A DNA stretch of 64,000 bases from a virus (Duplodnaviria > Caudoviricetes). Below, in pieces: positions 58,401 to 64,000 of the stretch; the first letter of the stretch is position 1; each line of letters opens with the position of its first letter. Below the pieces are notes generated by a model. That model saw only the letters and a program-made list of their open reading frames with translations. It was not told where the DNA came from and ran no database searches. Both the position numbers and the translations under genes were made by a program. The stretch is from positions 1-64,000 of the IMG/VR virus record IMGVR_UViG_2588253904_000003; one strand, 5' to 3'.

Positions 58401-59618
58401 ATGGCCAAACCCTATATTCAAAAAATAACTCCATTTGATGCCGACAAAGATTATGAAATCTCTTTATCATGGACCGGAAGCCGCGCCCATGCAAACAGAA
58501 TCATCATCTACGATAATGATACCAACAACATTTTGTTTGATGATACGGTGTCTTCCTTTGCACTTAAACATACGATTCCCGCTTATACCCTGACCAATGG
58601 CAAAAAATATGTAATTCAGGCGCAAACCTATGACGTGGAAAACCTCCCTTCTCCCCTGTCAGACAAGGTTTTGTTTTTTACCTTTGAAACGCCTGCGTTT
58701 TATTTTAACAATCTTCCTGAAAATCACAGGATTACAAATGCCTCTTTTTCGGCTTCTCTTACCTATCATTCCCCTGATTGGGAAGACATCAGCACCTATG
58801 TGTTTTCCCTTTATGACTCTACCAAAAAGCTGCTGCTTTCCAGCAGCCCGCTGACAGATTCCTTTGATATCAGCTATACCTATCGGGGACTTGAAAACAA
58901 TACCGTCTACTATATCAAATGTACAGGGGTTACGGTTAACGGAATGGAGCTGGATACCGGCTATCAGGAAATAAGTGTTAAATACGAAAACCCAAATGCC
59001 TACTCAAGAATCTACAGTACCGCCATCCCCTCGCAGGGGTGTGTACAGGTTGCCACGAATCTGATCATTATTCAATATAATGGGACGGAAACCTTCGAAT
59101 ACCCGGATGGAATGATTGACCTTAGAGACAAAACTCTATATTATGACGAGGGATTTTTGATTGAAAACGACTTTACACTGCTGATTCGGGGCACACATCT
59201 CTGGCAGAATGCGGACATTCTCAAAATGAGCAGCAAAAAAGCTTCTCTGACGCTAAGCTCCCATATTTACAGCGGCGGAAAGCTCCGTTTTAAACTGCTT
59301 GTTCCAAATGGAGTGAGCAGTTATTTATTATATTCCAAAGAGCAGGTTTTTGAAAATGAAGATATGGTCACAATTGCGGTGAGGAAAAAAGAGAATATCT
59401 ATCAGCTAAAGGTTTTTGTCTCTCCCGGCTTTTCTCCGGAGGGTAATCTGTGGTATGGCACACAGCGTCCTGATCCTGCCCTAATAAAGATTTATGACAG
59501 TTGGATTGATACAGAAGGTTCCACCCATGTTGTTTACAAAGAATCTTTTACTACCTTTTTAGGAGAAACAGAACCCGTAAATACAGTAACAAGCGACCTA
59601 TGGTTAGGAGGTGATTAA
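58401..59618 (+). CDS. Tail/baseplate protein with Fn3/Ig-like domains
   Basis: LTNGKKYVIQAQT and GLENNTVYYIKC Fn3-like strands; AAGGAGGTG RBS. Confidence 0.65.
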   Translation: MAKPYIQKITPFDADKDYEISLSWTGSRAHANRIIIYDNDTNNILFDDTVSSFALKHTIPAYTLTNGKKYVIQAQTYDVENLPSPLSDKVLFFTFETPAFYFNNLPENHRITNASFSASLTYHSPDWEDISTYVFSLYDSTKKLLLSSSPLTDSFDISYTYRGLENNTVYYIKCTGVTVNGMELDTGYQEISVKYENPNAYSRIYSTAIPSQGCVQVATNLIIIQYNGTETFEYPDGMIDLRDKTLYYDEGFLIENDFTLLIRGTHLWQNADILKMSSKKASLTLSSHIYSGGKLRFKLLVPNGVSSYLLYSKEQVFENEDMVTIAVRKKENIYQLKVFVSPGFSPEGNLWYGTQRPDPALIKIYDSWIDTEGSTHVVYKESFTTFLGETEPVNTVTSDLWLGGD

Positions 59619-59623
59619 GGCGC

Positions 59624-60553
59624 ATGTTTTTATGTGGAAGTAATTTCGTTGGAGGAGCACTGGCATGTGCCATTACTCCTACCAGCATAGAACCAATTCA
59701 TTATGTTGAGCTGAAAAACGGAGTCTATGATGATCTGTATCTCAGCAAAGCAGTCGATTTTGAACTTACAGATACCTGCCCTAATGAATGGAACTTTGAC
59801 ACCATACTTTGGGCAAAATTTAACGGAAATGCCAATGCAGGAAATGTTGACTGGAATCTGGAAACCACTTCCCACCTTATTTTAAAAAGCAGAAATGAAG
59901 GAGAATTTAAATGGAAAACCATTGCAGTAAAAGAAATTCATTCTACCGACGATTTTGTAATCAATTATCCTGATTACTTTATTGCCTCCGGCCAGACAGT
60001 GGAATATGCGGTGGTAAATGTTTTATATGGCGCAGAAGGCAACTACGCAACCACAAAAATCACGCCAAAATTCAGTCAGATGTTTTTAATTGAAAATGGA
60101 GTTGTGTGGGGAACGGAAATCACAGACGGAAACTGCAACACTACCCGCTGTATTCCCTCTTCCACTGTGGAACTGCTAAACAGCCGCTATCCCATTTTTA
60201 TCAGAAACACTCTTGCTAATTATGACACCGGAAACTGCACAGGCTCATTTGTGCCTCTAATGGATGAGGCTGGCTGTGATCTGGCCTATGACGACCAGCA
60301 CGATTATCAGCGGATCAGATATCAGAAAGAGTTTATGGATTTTCTGGCGGATGGAATCCCAAAGATACTGAAACTGCCTGATGGCAGGCTTTGGATTATC
60401 CAGGTAACACCCAGTCCTTCCGACAGCGCAAAAACCAGATATAATGACAGGGAAATTTCCTGGTCATGGGTTGAAATTGGAGATGTCAACTCAGAGGAAG
60501 ATCTATATTACCTGGGATTTTCTGAGGTGTCCCCGGAATGGTGGAATAAATAA
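59624..60553 (+). CDS. Distal tail-like structural protein
   Basis: FL.DG.PKILK..DGR.W...W.EIGD; synteny. Confidence 0.55.
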   Translation: MFLCGSNFVGGALACAITPTSIEPIHYVELKNGVYDDLYLSKAVDFELTDTCPNEWNFDTILWAKFNGNANAGNVDWNLETTSHLILKSRNEGEFKWKTIAVKEIHSTDDFVINYPDYFIASGQTVEYAVVNVLYGAEGNYATTKITPKFSQMFLIENGVVWGTEITDGNCNTTRCIPSSTVELLNSRYPIFIRNTLANYDTGNCTGSFVPLMDEAGCDLAYDDQHDYQRIRYQKEFMDFLADGIPKILKLPDGRLWIIQVTPSPSDSAKTRYNDREISWSWVEIGDVNSEEDLYYLGFSEVSPEWWNK

Positions 60554-62379
60554 TGGCGGACCAAATTACCCAGGAAGATCTGGTTTTAGTACTTTCTCAA
60601 TCCGCATCTCCACGGCTTGACCTGAAAATTGAAGTTTTAGACCAGAATCAAAAAATCATGGAAACCATTCATGGGGTGGTAACTGGCAGTATGTCTGTTT
60701 CCGGAGAATCGGAGGTAAGGCGTACTGCCAGCCTGACCGTCCAGCCAACCATAACCGAAAAACTAAAGCTTACCGAAGACAGTCTGCTTTGGCTTAATAA
60801 AGATATCCGTATTTTTATCGGCCTGTATAACTGCAGAACCAAACAATATAAATATTATCCTTTAGGGTACTATGTCTACACTGATACCTCAGGCTCCTAT
60901 GATGCTGTATCTAACAGTCTTTCCATTAACTGTGCCGATTTCATGAAAAAACTGGATGGCACAAAAAACGGACAATTAGGCCCACTGCTGATCAGCTATC
61001 CGGCGTACAAAGAAAATACAGAAACAGGGGAAGTGATAGAATACTATACCATACGCGGTGCAGTGATTGAAACTCTGGAAAATCTGGCACATATCACCAA
61101 GCATCGAATTGACGATATTGGCGAATACAAGGCTATGCCTGAATACAATGACTCCTGGCAGCAATACCGGGAGGAAAATGAAACCTGGAATGCCATCCCT
61201 TTTGATCAGGAATTTTCTTCAGGATGCAGTGTGCTGTCCATTTTAACTGCCTTCCGGGATCTGTACCCTAACTATGAAATGTTCTTTGATATGGATACCA
61301 ACACATTTATCTGCCAGCTTAAGCCTATGTGCTATGAGGATGACCTATACCTGGACAACAGCTTTTTACAAAAGGTGTTGATCTCTGAAAGCACTTCCGT
61401 CGACATGACCTCGGTCAGAAACATTTGCGAAGTGTGGGGAAAGGTGATAGAAACTGACTTTTACAGTGAAGAATGCACCTATTCCAATCATACTTATTCT
61501 GCTTCTATTGCCGGATATGAAGACGGGTATTTTAACGGAGACGTAATTGCCTTAAAAATCCCGGCTGCAAATCAGGCAGGCTCACAGCTCAACATCAATC
61601 AGTTGGGAGCTGTTCCCATCTGCAGCGAGGCAGATGACACACCTATTGCAGAAAATGAACTAAAGTCCGGTAATGTTTATGCTTTTAAAATAAAAAGAAG
61701 CCGCCCTTCACAAGCTAAACCATCAGCTAAATCAACTGTTAATTTAGCTGCTAATAAAGCAGGCGGGGGCAAACAGGATGTAATAAAAGCTTATCTACTG
61801 GGACAATGGCAGGTACATGCCCTGAATGTTTTAACAAACGGAAGAAAAAGTGGAAAACATGTATCTGACTCCCACGGACAGGAATATGAATTATACTCCA
61901 AAGAATATTTTCAAAAGTTCTATAACTGCCAAAGAGTAGATATGACGATTATCCCCAATTCCCCTTTTGTGGTAGAAAAGCTTGGTGAAATACCTGACAT
62001 CAAAACAGGAAGCGAATATGAAAATATTACTTCTGATGATCTGGCAGCAGACAGAGCCAAATGGGAAAACTGGAAAAACTGCCGGCTCACAGATCATATC
62101 ACCATTACAACCGCTCTCCTGCCCTTCCTTGATGTAAACAAAAAAATATCCTATAAACCCAGTGATTCGGACAGGGAGTATCAATACATTATCAGCTCCA
62201 TTTCCCATGATTTTTCAGGCTATACCACCACAATAACCATGTACCGTTTTTATCCTTTGTATGAAACACTGCTTAAGGAAGCCGGTACTCATAAGGTTTT
62301 ATCCGAATTCAGTCATGGGGTTTTAAGTAAGTACACCCATGATGAACTTGCTGCAGTTATCAGCGAAGAAGAACTATAG
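60553..62379 (+). CDS. Tail tip/hub protein
   Basis: S.VRRT.SL, C.D.M.KLDGT.NG, LPFLDVN.KI.Y; 608 aa. Confidence 0.6.
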   Translation: MADQITQEDLVLVLSQSASPRLDLKIEVLDQNQKIMETIHGVVTGSMSVSGESEVRRTASLTVQPTITEKLKLTEDSLLWLNKDIRIFIGLYNCRTKQYKYYPLGYYVYTDTSGSYDAVSNSLSINCADFMKKLDGTKNGQLGPLLISYPAYKENTETGEVIEYYTIRGAVIETLENLAHITKHRIDDIGEYKAMPEYNDSWQQYREENETWNAIPFDQEFSSGCSVLSILTAFRDLYPNYEMFFDMDTNTFICQLKPMCYEDDLYLDNSFLQKVLISESTSVDMTSVRNICEVWGKVIETDFYSEECTYSNHTYSASIAGYEDGYFNGDVIALKIPAANQAGSQLNINQLGAVPICSEADDTPIAENELKSGNVYAFKIKRSRPSQAKPSAKSTVNLAANKAGGGKQDVIKAYLLGQWQVHALNVLTNGRKSGKHVSDSHGQEYELYSKEYFQKFYNCQRVDMTIIPNSPFVVEKLGEIPDIKTGSEYENITSDDLAADRAKWENWKNCRLTDHITITTALLPFLDVNKKISYKPSDSDREYQYIISSISHDFSGYTTTITMYRFYPLYETLLKEAGTHKVLSEFSHGVLSKYTHDELAAVISEEEL

Positions 62380-62392
62380 AAAGGAGATCAAA

Positions 62393-62977
62393 GTGGCTAC
62401 ATACACGATTTATAAAAGTCTGGAAAAACCAGTCAGCACAGAGCGGTATAATGTGAACGTGGCAAATAAAAACTGTGATGTAATTGACGCAGAGCTTCAT
62501 AAACTTGACTTAAAAAATGAAAGTCAGGATAACCTGCTGGCAACAAAAGAAGCCCTAAACGCAAAAGCTGACCAGTCCCTGCTGGATGCTCATACCGGCA
62601 ATACCGTCATCCATGTAAGCACATCCGATAAGGATAACTGGAATGCTGCCAGTGTCCATGCGGATTCTGCCCACGCCCGCATAGATGCATCAAAGACAGA
62701 ACCTTCAGAAATAAATGGCAACATTATGCTAAATGGCATTGAAACCACTGTTTACACCCATCCCTCCGGCCCCAATCCCCATAATGTCTCAAAAGAAGAC
62801 ATTGGACTTGGTAATGTGGAAAATAAAAATTCCGCTGCTATAAGAGACGAATTAACAAAGGAAAATGTAATTGCCGCATTGGGTTACACGCCCTCTGTAA
62901 CAGATGGCGGCGGCATCTCTTACTCCGATTCAGAACCAGACGTACTATCTTCCGGTATGACCTGGATCGGCAATTAA
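62393..62977 (+). CDS. Tail fibre-associated protein
   Basis: GTG after AAGGAG; HTGN..IHV and NPHNVSKEDIGLGNVEN fibre motifs. Confidence 0.7.
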   Translation: MATYTIYKSLEKPVSTERYNVNVANKNCDVIDAELHKLDLKNESQDNLLATKEALNAKADQSLLDAHTGNTVIHVSTSDKDNWNAASVHADSAHARIDASKTEPSEINGNIMLNGIETTVYTHPSGPNPHNVSKEDIGLGNVENKNSAAIRDELTKENVIAALGYTPSVTDGGGISYSDSEPDVLSSGMTWIGN

Positions 62978-63080
62978 TTATGAAAAAAACGAACTTGTTC
63001 GTTTTGCAAATCTTATGCCTGTACAATACGCAAAGCTTGTATGAAAGTTTGCACGGCAATGGCAGAAATGGAGGAAAATT

Positions 63081-63410
63081 ATGACAGAATTTTCAAACGA
63101 ATTTAGCAGCTTTCCTTCCGGGAAGATTACAAAACACAACTTTAAAAATATTGACGACAGCATTGCATCCGTAATTAATCAGATCAATTCCCTGCGCAGT
63201 CAGGGATTATACAATCAGGCTGCCCGCATTATTGAGAATAACTCTGATGTGTTATCTCAATATATTGCTGACGCTTCCACTTTCAGAACCTGGGAGGAAG
63301 AAATATATAATACCCAGATCTATGCAAAGCAGCAACAGCAATCCATCTATTTTGATGACCAGGAGCCTGACTGCATTGATGGAGACGTCTGGCTTGGAGG
63401 TGATGCTTAG
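63081..63410 (+). CDS. Small tail-associated protein, paralogue of the next gene
   Basis: GGAGG RBS; similarity to 63410-63730. Confidence 0.6.
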   Translation: MTEFSNEFSSFPSGKITKHNFKNIDDSIASVINQINSLRSQGLYNQAARIIENNSDVLSQYIADASTFRTWEEEIYNTQIYAKQQQQSIYFDDQEPDCIDGDVWLGGDA

Positions 63411-63730
63411 TGTTATGTAACCCAGTATCTTACTACCCGGAAAAAATTGATGAAATGACTTTTTTTCAGGACAATAACATTGAAAATGCGGAAATCATCC
63501 ACACCTATAACAATTTAATTTCACAAGGCAGCTACAACACCGCAAATGATTTTATCAGCAAACAGGATGGTATTTATGGCTTTTTTGCTGATTTTCTTAA
63601 CCTCATTGAAAACCGTATCTACAATCTTCAGGCTTATCTTCTGCAAAAGCCTCCGAAAAAGCAGCCCTTTGCTACTTTTGATGAGGAAAAAGAACTTCCT
63701 GCTATAGATGTAGATACTATTTGGATTTAA
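63410..63730 (+). CDS. Small tail-associated protein
   Basis: Coupled ORF similar to the previous gene. Confidence 0.6.
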   Translation: MLCNPVSYYPEKIDEMTFFQDNNIENAEIIHTYNNLISQGSYNTANDFISKQDGIYGFFADFLNLIENRIYNLQAYLLQKPPKKQPFATFDEEKELPAIDVDTIWI

Positions 63731-63800
63731 ATATGATTGTATACAGTCCTTGGAGAGGGACGATAAACACTACTACTTTATCATACAAGGAGAATAGAAA

Positions 63801-64000
63801 ATGGCAGTTAATGAAACAATTGTAACTGGTAGAAAATTTAGAAAATGCATTGATGCAGCAACCAAAGCATGGCAGAGGATATCCTTCTGGACCAAGTCAT
63901 CTGACGTAGAATTTGAGGACGGAAAAAATGCAGAGACAAAATTGGGCGCTATTGACGGAATTACGGATAGTTTAGAGGATACTTCATCACGTATGGCCGC
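63801..64000 (+). CDS. Probable tail fibre protein, truncated by the window edge
   Basis: AAGGAG RBS; MAVNETIVTGRKFR...RISFWTKSSDVEFEDGKNAE. Confidence 0.6.
   Translation, partial: MAVNETIVTGRKFRKCIDAATKAWQRISFWTKSSDVEFEDGKNAETKLGAIDGITDSLEDTSSRMA

Noticed and set aside
1-64000. tRNA or rRNA genes
   Set aside because: None recognised by eye; a tRNAscan run would be needed to exclude them

Overview
Low-GC Firmicutes DNA, probably Lachnospiraceae-like (inferred from protein families), made of two nested phage-derived elements. (1) An outer locus (about 342-16501 plus 57627 to the window end) starts directly beside a host gene and has no visible integrase, capsid, portal or terminase. It holds a sigma factor/DUF262 operon behind a near-consensus sigmaA promoter with two LexA-like boxes, a YonO-like single-subunit RNA polymerase, a tail tube, holin and GH25 lysin, a tape-measure protein (TMP) and tail-tip/fibre genes. 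This looks like an SOS-inducible tailocin-like locus or a reduced SPbeta-like prophage. Its TMP gene is in three pieces. A predicted 1.6 kb group I intron (10780-12393) carries a non-endonuclease cargo gene, and a prophage interrupts the gene further on; removing both restores one frame of about 1635 codons. (2) The inner element is a 41 kb siphovirus-type prophage (16502-57626) with a large serine integrase. It carries a diversity-generating retroelement (RT, TR, avd) with a local tail-associated target and a second target 24 kb away in the early-gene region. The RT gene has an in-frame TGA at codon 54. Other items include three short predicted antisense RNAs, a Tad2-like DUF2829 gene, an HUH Rep-like gene, two methyltransferases and a nonsense-truncated SleB-like hydrolase. 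Family names come from motif recognition, not database searches.
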